Source: Lama guanicoe
Taxonomy: Eukaryota
DNA: 64,000 nucleotides
Direction: 5' to 3'
Assembly (NCBI GenBank): GCA_013239625.1
Contig: MU054391.1
Location: forward strand, 3,501,130-3,565,129
Below are positions 12,736-26,150 of this stretch, piece by piece. Each line of letters opens with the position of its first letter. Within the stretch, counting starts at the first letter, position 1. The position numbers and the translations under genes were made by a program. Under the pieces are notes generated by a model. That model was not told where the DNA came from, searched no databases, and saw only the letters and a list, made by a program, of their open reading frames with translations.

Positions 12736-13329
12736 TTTAGGAAATGGAAGAATAAATGAATGGGTGAGTAAAAATGAAAGTTATAATATTTTCCTCTGTA
12801 AATACTCCACTTATGAGACCATTTGTCTAGGAGCTTAGATTTTAGTCAAGGAAGTAACAGATAGTATAAGATAACTAGACTCAGTCTAGTTGAAAAGCCA
12901 CAACAACAGGACAAACACCAGGTGCTGATGCTAAAATAATGGGAAAAAAGTAAAAGAAAGAGTTGATAAATCATGCAATTGATCTACCTATGTTTATCCA
13001 GCCAAATAATAATTAAATACATGCTTGTTCCTGGAGGTGGGGGGGGGCCTTTCCTCACATATTCAGTACCATGAAGCAGAGCCCAAAAGTTTTCTACTAA
13101 ATGTGCAAATAGTAGCGAAAGCTGTATTATAATTACTGTCTAATTAAATGCCGCCCAGAAGTATTCGACTTAATGACAGGCGTACTTGGTAGCACTACAC
13201 TGATGCATGTGTTTCTTTCTCTTGGCCATCTCTGTACCCGACACCAGCTTAGGAATGGGGTCCCATGAGGAGAAACACAGCCTCAGCCTCTGCAAGCATC
13301 TTAGTCAAGAGAGAAGCCAGGTAAGTGTA

Positions 13330-13945
13330 AAGGACCAGTAATCTGGTGCGGCATGTGCTGAAACAGGGGTGTCACCTGTAAAGGGCAGCAGAGCCAGCAA
13401 GGGTGGAACTGCTCTCCAGGTCATGCAAAGGGAGAAGAAAGGTCCAGGGGAAGGCCACGCTGAAGCAATGCTGAAATCAGAGCAGGACTTTGTCATGTAG
13501 AGAGAAGCGAGGAGAAAAAGAAAGGCTGTGTGAAGTCAAAAGAGCGCCCGTGGCAATGGTACATGTACAAACCCGTAAGAAATGTTTAATGCACAGCAGA
13601 AATGAAAGAGATGAGGAAGTGCCCGGGATGATGCTGGAAAGACGGAGAGGGTGAGCTGGATTGCAAGACTCTGCGTGTTACTGATGTTGGTGAGATCTTC
13701 TCAAGCCGAGTGGTGGGAACTACCATGACACACTGAGCAAAGGAACAGCGTATTTACACAGGAACATGGCCACTGACAGTGGTGGCTTAGAGTCCAGAGG
13801 GAAGGACCAGGGCTGGGAAGACGCTGATGCAGCCACAAGTGGGGGTGAAGCTTTGACTATGAGAAGTGAGCAGCAGGAGACAATACGACTGGAGGAAACG
13901 GAAACCATAGACGGTAGAAACAAGCTGGGGTTGAGGGAACGGGAA
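13330..13945 (-). mobile_element. L2 fragment(s)
   Basis: Purine-rich antisense L2-like sequence (gggaactaccatgacacactgagcaaagg...gtggggtgaagctttgacta); highly decayed. Confidence 0.5.
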
Positions 13946-14074
13946 ACATCGCACTTGACTTCAGACGCAGGTCAGCCGCCCAGGGAAAGACTCCAGGACA
14001 GCCTTTTGCATGAAAGAAGTTCACCACGCAGAGCACTCAGGATCAGTCCCAGAAAGGGAAGAAGTAAAGGAAGC

Positions 14075-14290
14075 AGAGAAGGGAGGTGCCACCCAAGCCC
14101 AGGAGGGCTGTCTGCCACCAGATGTTGGAAGATGCTGAGAACAGGCTCTTCTGCAGATCCCCCCGAGGGAGGGAGGTCCTGCCAACTCCTTGACTTTGGA
14201 TTTATGGTCTCCAAAACTCTGACATAAGAAATATCTCTTCTTTTAAGCCTCCAAATTTGTGAAAATTTGTCCCAGCTGCCGCAGGAAACA
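14075..14290 (+). mobile_element. MLT1 LTR 3' part
   Basis: cctgccaactccttgactttggatttatggtctccaaaactctgacataagaaatatctcttcttttaagcctccaaatttgtg...gccgcaggaaac. Confidence 0.85.
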
Positions 14291-14624
14291 GGCAGCATTC
14301 CTATTTTAAAAGACAGGCCTTCGCCTGACAGGACAGGCAAGGGAAAAGAGCGCTGGACGAAGCTCTGGATGTTAGGGAGTCACTGATGACCTTCGTGAAA
14401 CAGAGGAATCAGGGTGGGGAGGACGCTGCGTGGGCAGACGTGGATTGAGCTTGGATGGGAGGTGAAAACTGTGACTTCAAATTTCTGTTAATATGTTTTA
14501 AATATGCTATGAAGAGGATGGAATTAGAACAGAGGAAGGAGGGACTCTCGATCTCAAATGCTAAAGTCAGAATCAAACAGTTAAACCCTAGTCTATAATT
14601 ACACATAGGGGGACAATGAGGGGT

Positions 14625-14850
14625 GAGCAGGCAGACTGGGGAAAGAAATACATCAGAACCTGTCTGGCTCCTCCATTCACCAGCTTATGAACCATCCTTG
14701 CCAGATAATCTCAGCTCTGTGACCCTCTAGGTCCTCATCTGCACATTGAGGGTAACAATATCTGTCCACGGAGTCAGTGAAGTTATTAAATAAAGCAAAA
14801 TTCATAGCATTCTTGGCACATTGGCCCCTGCACAGTGAGCCCTTAAAGGT
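14625..14850 (+). mobile_element. MIR SINE
   Basis: ggctcctccattcaccagct...tcctcatctgcacattgagggtaacaatatct. Confidence 0.65.
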
Positions 14851-17350
14851 ATCAGAGTTACTGTTCTGGCATCGTTGTGAGAGCTGTCTGAATAGGAATG
14901 CAGAAATTCTCTATAAAAGATCGCAGTCACTGCAAAAGACTCAGACCAAAGGCACTACGTATCACAGACGACACATGGCCTTAACTTGGTAAAGCTTCTG
15001 CACTCTCAGTGCAGGCAGCCGAGACATAAATGCAGAACTTCATTATACTAAGCTCTAGGAGGCCACTAACCATCTCGAGCAGAAATCTCAAAATGAAATG
15101 TAGCAGGCACCTTCTCCTCGAGGAAGCAGGGAGTAGGAGGCACCGCTTTTGTTGCGACTGGATGTGCCTGTTCCTTAATGAGCACACGTGCCAAGGAGCA
15201 GAACGTTTGCCACAGCTCAGCCTTCTTGCCGCAGAACTTCTCTAAGTTATGTGTATTTTGTCTGAGGCAGGAGAAGCTCATTTGCCAGGAGGTGGGACTG
15301 AAATGTCTAAATATCTGCAAGAGGTTGGTATCTGCTCCTTAGGAGATAACTCAGAAGTGCTGGATACGCGCAGAGGTAGACTTCAACATCAGACACGTCT
15401 TTCTGCTCTTTTCTGAACTCCTGACGGTTTTTAGCCTGGAAAGGAGCAGACTTAGAGAAAACATGGCAAGGTGTTCACCCACCGAATGGGCTGTCAGGTC
15501 GGAGATAAACGGAACAGGTACTGAGTAGGTCTACAGGGAAGAACTACGGGTCACTCTCAAAAGTGGGAAGAAAGAAACGTCTGTGCGGGTGCAGGTTTCT
15601 GGGGGGATGCAGACCACACGGGGCCCCCAGTAGTCTTACAACAGCCAGGCTCTTTCTGCCGCTGATAGACACCCGATTCAAACTGATCAAGCAAAAAGGA
15701 AATGTGTTTATTCACAGAACTTGAAAATGCAAGGGCAGGAAGGCTTCAGACAAAGCTGGATCCAGGGGTTCCAATGTGCCTGCCCTGGAGAAGGATGGCG
15801 TTTTCCTAGGCAGCTGTGTGCGAACAGGGAGAGCTGGGGCTCCCAAGGGCCGCTGCAAAGACCACAGGGTGTCAGGTAAACACCGAGGATGGGTGCTGTC
15901 GGGTCCCCATCCTACCTGAACGCAGTGGTCTCCTGGAGCGACGGGACAGACACGAGTCGCCGCGTCCTGCTCCCCACATTCGCCGTCATCAGTCTTAGAC
16001 TCCCGCCAGGGAGTCTGCATTTTTCACAAGTGCCCTTTCTTGTCTTGTAGAACTGGTTCAGTGTTAAATGAGACCATTTGTGTGAGACCACTTGGTTAAA
16101 CGTCATGGAAATATTAAGATTCATCTAATCTACAGCAATTTTGCCAAAGTGAATTGTAAGTAAATTTGCCAAGATCTGGGGAATAATCAGGGGCAGAGCC
16201 AAGAGTTCCTAGCCCGAGTTCCTCCCAGCCCTGTGCATTGTGCTGCATTCTCACGCAGCACGTGTGTGTGCGTGCTGTGTGTGTCATGTCTCGCTTACCC
16301 AGTTTAAGTTGTAAAGTCCACAGCAATGTGTCAGTCACCCAGTACTGTACAAAAGTCACACGCTACCTCCCCCCTTCACACTTTGAGACGGCTTACAAGG
16401 GAATTGCATGTAATGCCATTCATTATACAGAAACAAAAACACTAAAAGGAAACTTCCAAATGCCAGGATTTTACAGCGAATCAGATAGAGTGCTTAGGTT
16501 GCAAATAGCACAAGAAGGCAGTCTGATCTAGCATGAATGGTGTATGTAATCTATTGGCCTTTGTGTCCTAAGACGCAACTGATTTAGGGCAGAGTTTGAT
16601 GAAACTGTCATTTGAACCTGGTTCTCTCTCGTCTTTCTAGCCCTGCATCCCCAGCCTTTGCTCTGTCCACTCCGTCTCGTCTTGTTGCCCCGAGGTGACT
16701 GGCAATGGCTCGACAGCTACATGCCCCTGGCAGTCAGCACCTGCCCGTCTCTGAACCAGTCCCTGTGACTCAGGGTGATGTTTCTCAGCTTGGAAAACAG
16801 CCGCCATCCTTTCCCCAGAGCAAGGTCCGCGCCCGTCAGCTGGAAAACGCAGCGCCACAGCCTCACGAAGTCGGGAGCTTCACGACTGTGTAGCCCTCCA
16901 AGCAGCTGCACCGCGCTGCAACGCGAGAACACATCCCGCTGCCTTGCAGCGTGGGGAGTCTGAGGGTCTTCATGAAAGCAAAACAGTCAATCTCCTGTCA
17001 ACAATAAAATAGCCTTTAACAGACCTTGCCTCTGTTCACCAAGGACACTTGTCTCTCAGTGAGCTGATGGCGTCAGCCCCAACTGGTGGTTTCCACCCGG
17101 CCAGTCATTTAGTTTCCGTCTGATATCTTGATCTGCTTGTTCACCTTACGACTAATTCCTGATTGAAACCTTTGCATAATGCTGACAAAGAAGAGATAGA
17201 AGGAGCTTGCCTCTCACCCTTTACTCTGGGTGAGGGCGAGGGTCAGGGTGCAGCCACCTCTGGGAGGGGAGGCAGGCGAGCCAGCCTTGGGCACACCCCC
17301 ACCATCACCCCACCCACACTTAAGTGCTAGGAAAGTGGCTCCCATTCTTC

Positions 17351-17397
17351 CTCCAAAGGGCACCTCCGAAGGGCACCTCCGAAGGGCACCTCCGAAG
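17351..17397. repeat. 13-bp tandem repeat (AAGGGCACCTCCG) x3
   Basis: Exact units at 17356-17368, 17369-17381 and 17382-17394, with partial flanks. Confidence 0.95.
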
Positions 17398-19274
17398 TCG
17401 TCTGCGCTCCACTGGTTCACTCTGCCTCCCGTTGGCCCTCCTGGTCCTGGTGCCCGTTGTGTGCGTTCCTGACGTGGGCCTTCTAAACAACAGCCCCCAT
17501 TTTCCCCTGACTGTACTTTCCTTCCATTTGTTTTCTACACATCAAGGTTGTTGAACCAAATCCACTTAAACAATTCATAATTATGGCCTCAGGTGATCCT
17601 CAGAAAGCACAGCACCTGACTAGCATGGGAGCTGCGGGTCAAATGCTGCTCACGGACGCGCCTTTCCCAGGGACAGCCAGCTGGAGTTCTCAGCCAGCCA
17701 ATGCCCGCTGCTTCGTCCAGCTGTGGGCGTGTGGAGAACAGGGGCAGAGGCCCAGAGCTGGCCAAGAAACCTTCTTGAATAGATTTCTTTATCCAGAGAG
17801 ACCAGGCTCCTTGCTGTAGTCACCAGGGACTTTCTGGGCTTGCTCATGGTCCTCTTCTCTTGTTATTTTGAAAGCCATGCAGCCTTAAAGCAAGCAGAGT
17901 AGATGGTGGGCAGCTCCCAGTAGAAGCTCCTCTTCAAGACAGAGTGCTTGGAAACTGGCATTAACCCTAAGCCCTGAAGATGGGTCACAGGGCAACATCA
18001 GGAGGAAAGCAATGCGTCAAAAGATTTAGTCCTTCAGGTTAGAAGCTGTCTTCAATTAGCAGAAGAATTCTTACAGTTATCAAGTGGCAAGGTCTTGCCA
18101 AGGTATATACTCTTTTAAAATGCACAGTGAACACAAAACTATGTCGTTATAATTCCATTTGGCCTTTTTTCCAGCTGAAACTCCCTGTCTACCAAAGAAA
18201 AGACAATCCTTCATTTCTATCCAAACATCGATGAGTCATATTGCCACAAGGTTGGCGTGGGGGATGAACACATGAAAACTGAGGACCTAAAAGTCACACT
18301 GGAGATACAGGGCTTGTCACACTGGGATTGCGGGGGAGGGGTCCCCCCGGGAGGTTGCAGCAGTGCACCCCCAGGGACACAATGATTATTTTAATCTATG
18401 ATAATCAAGAACATGTTTTATATTAAAACAAATGCAGGAATCTTTTGGGAGAAACACATTTTTAACAAGATAAAACAAAAGTGTTCAAAATTTCTGAAGC
18501 TCAAAATAAAAATGGCACACTCTGCGTTTAGGCAACATCCCCCATGGGCCCTCACTCCAGACAGGGTTAAAACCTCCCTTTTCCCCGCGTGGAAGCTCTT
18601 CTGAGGAAACAGTTGGGAAGTCCGGCTTGAGGACGTCAGAATGAAGGCAGAGAAGTCTCTGTCCGAGGCGTGCTCATTGCGTTGGCACCCTTCTCTCCGT
18701 CATAAGAAGGACAGAACAGCCAGGCCCAAGTTGAAAATTATCTGAGAGAGCTCATTACTTATGTATCAAAATAACCTCATTATAAAGACATCAAACTGTA
18801 GGTATTTCCACAGCATGGATACAAAAGGTAGACGTCTATGAATTATGTTTGGTGCAAGTCCTAGCAGAGGAAGCGTTTTTCCTGATTTGTCTTCCTTCAT
18901 TGCTCTCTCACTGACAAAACCCCACGTGCACTTCCTGGGCCAATTCAAGCCCACCTCCTCCCTGAAGCTGATTCTTGCTGACCCTGTCTGCGCCTGTCGC
19001 CCCCTCAAGTCTGGGAGGATTACTGTTTCCACTGACAGCTCGCACGGTGAAGACATCACAGCTCTGGCCTTGGAAAGCTTGAGTTCAAGGCCACGTTCTC
19101 TTTCTTAAGAGCCTCTTAACTTGCCATTTAATTTTAGAAAACATTCTAATGTCTTCAGAGTATAAAGGCGATGCTGGACAGTAGATGTAACACTATCCGT
19201 ACGTGACACGCTATGAAAATACAAGGGGGCGATGGTTTCCCGGCTCCCTGGGGCATACGTGGGGTAGTGCATTG

Positions 19275-19480
19275 GAAGATGTATGGCTATTCCATCAAAG
19301 AGCCTAGTGCTGACCCCCAACTTGGACAATTTCTAGCTGCACATACTGAGATAATCATTTAATCTTTATAAGCCTCTTTTCCTATTTGAAAAATAGGATT
19401 TGTGTGAGCCTAGAATAGGCAATGTTTGTAAAGCACTCATCAGGGGGCCTGGTCCCTAGTGGAGTTTAAACAATTATGGC
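19275..19480 (+). mobile_element. MIR SINE
   Basis: atcatttaatctttataagcctcttttcctatttgaaaaatagg...aatgtttgtaaagcactcatcagggggcctggt. Confidence 0.65.
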
Positions 19481-21834
19481 CACTATTTCCCTAGTTCAAT
19501 ACTATAAATACACATGCTACCTTGTGCTTTGCCTCATATTTCTTGGCACAATCAATGGTACATGTCTGCGGGGAGAACCCAGACCTCAACTCCCAGAGGC
19601 AGTGTAGTCGACTTCCAGCGTCTGGTCCTGTCCCCCTAACTCTGAGATGGGTAAACTGGGTGTGCGTTTCTCTAGGTGGCCCTGCACAGCACCCGACACC
19701 CTTGTGTTTTTTCCCGGTGCTCCAGCCTCATGGCCGCCCTGGGTGTAGCCGCCGTGCCCTTGACGCATTTTTCTGTCCAGCATCATCTGGACCATCAGCT
19801 TCATGTCAGCTAGGAGAGGGTTGGGTAGATAAGCGGCTCTCCTTGCTTAAATGTCAATTCTCAGGTTCCTCTCCCTTTGCACAGGCGTTTGTCCTATTTA
19901 GAAGTATAACTCCCACCCTGTGGTCTCAGCATCGCTTACAACAATCTCGCAGCTTCTCAGCACTGAATTTTACAAGTGTCGAGGGAGAGGGAGGAAAAGA
20001 GAGACAGACAGACAGAAAGAGAGAGACGGATTGGTTAAACAGCTTGCCAACACCACAAAGCAAGTGACTGAGCTCCAAACCCCCCACAAACCACAAAACA
20101 AGCCACCCCTGCCTGGCTGTTGTCAACCTCATGCTGGTAGCCTGGGAGTCTCCTGTCATCAGAAGCCTTGATTGGCAGTTGTATAGTTTTTGATGAATAA
20201 AACATGAGACAATAAAAGTGCTATTCCTTGTAAAGTGCAGTTGAGAAGACAAAAATATTTCAACTATAGCGCCTTCGGGGAACGGGAGAGCAGGCCTTGC
20301 TGGTGGAAGGCTCAGAGCACTCTCATTAAGCTGCCACTGGCCTTGCTCATGCCCACCAAATGATCAAGTGAGAAATAAAGGGAATCCATCTCAGAAGAAT
20401 AATGGTTTAAAAGTGGGGACTGAAACTCCAAATACTGACCATATTGCAACAAGAGCAGCACACCTCCTCAGACCCTCTTTCCAAAAACCTTTCACGACTG
20501 CGTCGGTGCGACCTCCATGGCTTGTGTATTGTTTCTCTATCACAAACTACTGATAAATCCAAGGAACATCGGTGCTGGCTGTCCTCCATTCTAGGTACTT
20601 ACAGCACCCCAATTCTTCAACCATACATTATAGAAGAACTAAAAAAAAAAAGAAGAATGTGAAATTGTATCAAAACAAATTTCCTCATTAGGCAATATTA
20701 CACCTGTAGTCCATGACCTCTTGGAGAATGTTTAGGTAAAAAGAAAAATCAACATTTTTTATTGCCATTGTCTTTGTTTTCTAATAGATTTTAACAACCT
20801 CTCTTATGCTTAGGATTTTAATAACTGTTCTCCTCCTCGGTTGGCCTTAACTCTGGCCACAGCTGGCCTTTCACAGTTTCTGGACCAGGGATTAAAACTT
20901 GCACCATTTCTAGACAAAGATATGTATTTGAATTACAGCTTATGACAAGAATCCTCATGAGGCTATCTTGCTGTGCATTGTAACTGAGAGAGAACGCACC
21001 AAGATGAAGGGGAAGAAGCCATAGTTCTCCAGAATTCTGGAAAATAAACTGAGGCAAAAATAACAAAAAGAAAAGCATGCTTTCCAGCTAGCAGTGTGAC
21101 ATGATTTTACTTTCATGTTTTGAAACCATCAAGATTTGTAGAAATTTGTCAGTAATCCCGAGCCAAAAATGATGTCAAATTACTGGATCCCTGCCATTGA
21201 GGGCCACCTGGTGATCGCATCGGCTCTCAAGGACAAGACAAGGAGAACCTGTTTCCTGACCACCCAGCCCCGGGACAAAAAAGACATCTGATGATGGTCA
21301 TGCTGGGGCCAGAAGCTGCGGCGCCATGTGGAAGCGGGCTGCTCACGCCAGTCTCCCCCTTATTAAAGGGCCAACGGCGCAAACCCCACATGCGGCCAAT
21401 TACAGCTTCAGCAGTTGCACGCAGGCATGAGGCATTTCTTTACTAATCTGTGCGCTACGAAACGCTAACCAAATGCGGTATTTTTATTTCCTGGTGTATT
21501 TTTCTCTCTCATAAAAAATAATGCCAGCAAGCAGGAAGGAAAACAGAGAGCGAGGGAACCAAGAAGCAGCAGCCCTACTTTACTGCTGACTCGACTCAGA
21601 ACGTGTTCCTTTGTTCATTTCTCCATCTGTGTGGGCTTTGTGAATGTGTGTGTGAGGAAAGCGACATTTCCTTTGTGGTTTTCTGTGCCACCAAGAACTG
21701 TCTACTGTAAAATCAATTCAAGAAAATCTCTTTACGTCTAGCCTCCCCAGTTTTGCTCTCTGCCTGCCTGGGTTCCACGTGTGTTGACACAGCTGATGCC
21801 TTGTTGATGGATGAAAGGAATCTGGGGCGAAGTC

Positions 21835-22035
21835 ATGAGCATTAGAAATAGCATGTGCAATGCCAGCTCCTCCCTTATCAATGGGGTAAACTTGGTCAAG
21901 TTACTTACTTTCCCCGAGGCTCAGCTGTCCTGTCTCTAGAACAGGTACCGTAATACCATACTTGCAAATCCCTGGGATGATTAAATGAAATATTTGAAAA
22001 ATCCCTGGGATGTAGCAAATGCAATAAATGTCAGC
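21835..22035 (+). mobile_element. MIR SINE
   Basis: cttggtcaagttacttacttt...ggctcagctgtcctgtctctaga...gatgattaaatgaaat. Confidence 0.7.
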
Positions 22036-22363
22036 AAACCAGATGACTTACGGTTACAGACTAGGGTACCAGCTCTTCTCAATCTGACCCTTGAAGACAT
22101 TATCAGGTTACTTCCACACACCTCAGATCTCATACATAATGTATAGTTTTCTTGTTTATATCTCTAAATTCTGTACAAGTCTTACTAGTTTTTTTATAGC
22201 CTGTACGTTTTTAACACAAAAAAACATGAAAATATCCTCAGTGTAAAAAGTCAGTGATCCAGCTCCAGCTAAATTATCCTTTGTGTTTGTGTCTTCCCCA
22301 GCAATCTAAGAATTCAGTACCCCCCATACCCAAGAGATGATGTACTATGTAACTGTAGATACT

Positions 22364-22846
22364 TGTGGTGGGTTGATTGCATTAATGACTCTATCTCTCC
22401 CCCTCCCCCTTTATCATGGCCTTTTGGTTTCTCTCATAAAAGAGACGGAGTCTCTTTCTCCAGCCCTTGAATTTGGGCTCATCCATGTGACTCCTTTTGA
22501 GCCATAGAATGAGGCAGAAGAATTATATTCCCTTGCCAGCTAGGCTGTGAGAAGCCTGTGTGTTTCCACTTGCTCCCTTGTGCCTCAGTCTTCCCTAGGA
22601 GATGTCTGTGTTGTCCTTCTGGAGGACAAGGCAGGTGAAGAATAGAGCCAGGTTCCCCTAGTCATCCCGCCATGACCATCCTAGGTCAGGTGACCCTTAG
22701 CTGTTCATCAGACAGGTGTAGGTGCCCAGCTGAGATGTAACTTCCCAGTCGTGCCCAGTCTAAACTGATGGTGTTTATCCTGGAAGGCACTAAGTTTCTG
22801 TGGTGGTCTGCGATGCAGGATTCTTGTGGCATTAGATAATTTTTAC
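22364..22846 (+). mobile_element. MLT1 (MLT1H/I-like) MaLR solo LTR
   Basis: tgtggtgggttgattgc...cccttgaatttgggctcatccatgtgact...gccatagaatgaggcagaag...gcactaagtttctgtggtggt...ttgtggcattagataa. Confidence 0.8.
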
Positions 22847-22849
22847 CAT

Positions 22850-23200
22850 GTTGTCATTTAATTTGCTTTTTTTCACTTAATATACTTTAAATATGTCTCC
22901 CTGTTAAAATACGTGGATCTACTTCATATTTGATCATGGATTATGCAGTGGTATGTGTTAGCAGACTTATTTAACCATTGCCTTGCTGAAAAACATTTAA
23001 GTGTTTCATAATCTATTACAATTGTAAGTAAAGTTGCAGTGAACATCTTTAACCATGCCTCCTTGTGAACACGTGTAAGTATTTCTCCAGGATTCATAAA
23101 GAAAAGTATATTTCACTGTCAATAGATATGCTTGTTTCGTTTTATATTAGATATTATGAAAGTGGTGCTATATCATTAAGAGCTTATTAATACACATGTA
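22850..23200 (-). mobile_element. L1ME-type 3' region remnant
   Basis: ttgctttttttcacttaatata...ttatttaaccattgccttgctg...gttgcagtgaacatcttt. Confidence 0.7.
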
Positions 23201-23234
23201 ATGTCTCCACAGCGATCAGAGAACATGCTGCAAA

Positions 23235-26150
23235 TGGTCCAGTTCTTTCATATTTGGTGGGGTTTGTTTGATGACTCAGGATATGGTCTGTCTTGGTATA
23301 TGTTCAATGAGCATTTTAAAAATTTCACAATCTGCTGTTGTTAGGTGGAACATTGTATAAATTTTGATAATGTTTTGATTGATAATATTGTTGAGTTTAT
23401 CTCTTTTCAAGTCTATTTTCTGTCCGGTTGTTCTGTTGATTTTGAGGAGGTATTAAATTCTCCAACTGCAATTGTGGGTGGTCTGTTTCTTCCTTCAGTA
23501 ATAAGATTTTGCTTTGTATAATTTGCAGCTATGTTGTTTGATGCGTGCACATTTAGGATTGTTGTGTCTTCTTCATGAATTGACACTATTATCATTAAGT
23601 TAAGTCTTTCTCAGTCTCTGGTCATTTTCTTTGCTCACAAGCTTATTTTATCTGTTAATATGTCATGTTTTTCTTTTGATTAATGTTTGCATGACATACT
23701 TTTCCCATCCTTTTACTCTCAACCTACCTATATTGTCATATGTGATGTGAGTTTCTCATAGGTGATACACAGTTGGCTCATGTTTTTAATCCACCTTGCT
23801 TACTTCAGTGTTTGAATTTGTGTATTTAGACCCTTTACACGCAATGTAGTTGTTGATATGTTAGGGCTTGGGTCTATCATTTCACTTTTTGGTTTTCTGT
23901 TTGTTCTTTCTGCTTTTCATTTCTCTGTGTTTATTTTTTTCCCCCTGTCTTCCCCTGAATGACTTGAACATTTTTTAGAATTTTATTTTGATTTATTTAT
24001 TGTATTTAGAAGTGGATTTGTCAGTATGGCTATTTTGGTAGTTTTCTGGGTTTTACACTATGTAAGTATGTATAGCTGTCTATTAATTTTGACATTTTAC
24101 TTGTTCACATGAAGTATTAAAAACTCATTTTCCTTTATATTTCTTTGTTCTCCCGCATGACAATTGTAATATAGTTGCCTTAAATATTTCTTCTACATAT
24201 ATTTAAAGCCATGTCAGTGTTATAATTTTTGTCTCAATCATGAAATATAATTCAGATAACTAAAGCAGAGGAAAAATATGTTTAGTCACATTTTTACTCA
24301 TCTGTTGTGTTTCTTCCTTCCTGGTTTTCAAATATTCTTTCATTTTTCAGATGTTTCTGTTTAGAAAAGTTTCTGTTTAGATTTTCCCTATTTTACTGAA
24401 TAATATTTTTGCTGGATATAGAGTTCTGGGTAAAATTCTTTTTATTTCCGTTCTTAAAAAATATTATGTCTTTTCCTTCTGGCCTCCATGGTTTCTGAAA
24501 AGAAATCTGCTATCATTCAAATTGATTTTTCCCTAAAGTTAAGGTGTCATTTCTTTCTCATTCTGTTCAAGATTTTTTCTTTATCTTTATTTTCAGAAAT
24601 TTGATAATGATATGTTGTGTTTTAAAAATTTCTTTTTGGGATTCACTCAACTTCTTGAATCTGTAAGTTTATGGTTTTTGTTAAATTTGAAGAGTTTACA
24701 GTCATTATTCCCTTGATTGCCTCTTCAGCCCTCTTTCTCCTTTTCTTCCTAATCATTGAAAATACAAATGTTATTTTGTTTGTTAAGTGTCCTTAAAATT
24801 TTTCCAGTCTATTTTTTCTTGTTGATCAGATTTCTGTTGCTCCGTTTTCAAGTCCATTGGAGTTCTTTCCTGTCTATTCTGCTGTTGAGCCATTCATTGA
24901 GTTTTTTTTTAAGTTATTGCATTTTTCACTTCTAAAATTTCTATTTGTTTCTTCTTCATTTCCTTCTTGAGATTTTTTTTCCTTTGTTTCAAGCATTTTC
25001 ATAATTATTCATTGAAACCTTTTTATCATGGCTGCTTTAAAATTGTTGTCAAATGATCCTAATTTCTCTGTCAACTTCTCTGTCATCTTAATGTTGGCAT
25101 CTATTCATTGTCTCATTTCCTTTAATTTGATGTTTTTTCAGGTTCTGGTATGGTGACAGACTTCCAGTAGAAACCCAGGCAGTTTCAGTATTAAGTAATG
25201 AAAATCTGGATCTTATTTAAGATTTCTGTTTTAGCTGGTTTACTTGGAGACCACACTGGTGTAGGGGGGAGGGGAAGGTTGATGCCTTATTTCTGTCACT
25301 CAGGGATAGAAGTCTAGATTTCAATCCGCCTCCATCAGCACTCAAGGGGTGACGGGCTCCTCATTACTGCTGGGTGGTGGTGGGAGTCCCACCCCGTCAC
25401 CATGCTTTTGTTGATACTCCTTTGGCCAGGAGTGGTGGGAGTGATTCATCACTGCTTCCCACATGGCCTGTGTGCCATGAATGGAGCGATCTGACCTTGT
25501 TACCACTGTTTATCCTCTGCCAGGCTTCCTATGACACCACCCCAAAAGGGAGAAGGTACATCATTGCAGAGGAGATAGAAGCCTCTGCTCACAGTGCAGT
25601 GGCGGGGGAGGACCCAGTTACTGTTGGGTGCGTAGAGGGCCAGCTCCCTACCTGACCTTCTGTAGCACAGCTCTGAGGGCAGCTGCTGGGACTCCTGGTT
25701 ACAGCCTGGCGAGGAAGGGAGTCTGAGCTCGCCACGTAGCCCTTCTGGGCTTTGTAAAGGTGTGGCCAATGTGTCTTTCTGGTGTTTTCCTGCATTAGAA
25801 CAGTTATTGTCTCAAAGTGTTCTGCTTCGCTAGCACGCCCTTTCCTCTCCCTTTTGAGAGAAAGCAGAGTTCTCTTGGGGCTTCTTTCTCATCTGTGCTC
25901 ACTGGTGTTCCAGGTTGCTTGTTTCTTTAGCTCCCAAGTATAGAACACACGATACAAAACAGCAGCAGGGAACTCACAACAGTGTGTTTCTTGGATCCTG
26001 AGGTCCCTAGCTGATACCTATCTTTTTTTTTTGTCTACATTTCAGCCTTCTTATGTTGGTTTCTTTTTTTTATAATGTCCATGTTTTTTAGTTACACTTA
26101 GCAGAAGCAATAGGGAAATTACATCTATTTAATCTACCCAGAAATGGTAT
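23235..26150 (-). mobile_element. Old L1 (L1MD-like) 5' portion: 5' UTR, ORF1 and ORF2 endonuclease remnants
   Basis: ORF 23413-23595(-) SIHEEDTTILNVHASNN...TIAVGEFNTSS is homologous to L1 EN; T-rich ORF1-like region at about 24400-25000; L1MD-like 5' end at about 25200-26150 (ggatcctgaggtccctagct...aatagggaaattacatctatt). Confidence 0.82.

Noticed and set aside
13766..14340. 153-aa (+) and 122-aa (-) ORFs
   Set aside because: They span L2 and MLT1 remnants and show no recognisable domain.
19522..20067. 181-aa ORF, the longest in the track
   Set aside because: Non-ATG start, Cys/Ser/Pro-rich random composition, runs into a GA-rich low-complexity tract, and no recognisable homology.
23413..23595. 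Endonuclease-like ORF as an active gene
   Set aside because: It is a 60-aa remnant of a decayed L1 ORF2, with stops and frameshifts on both sides.
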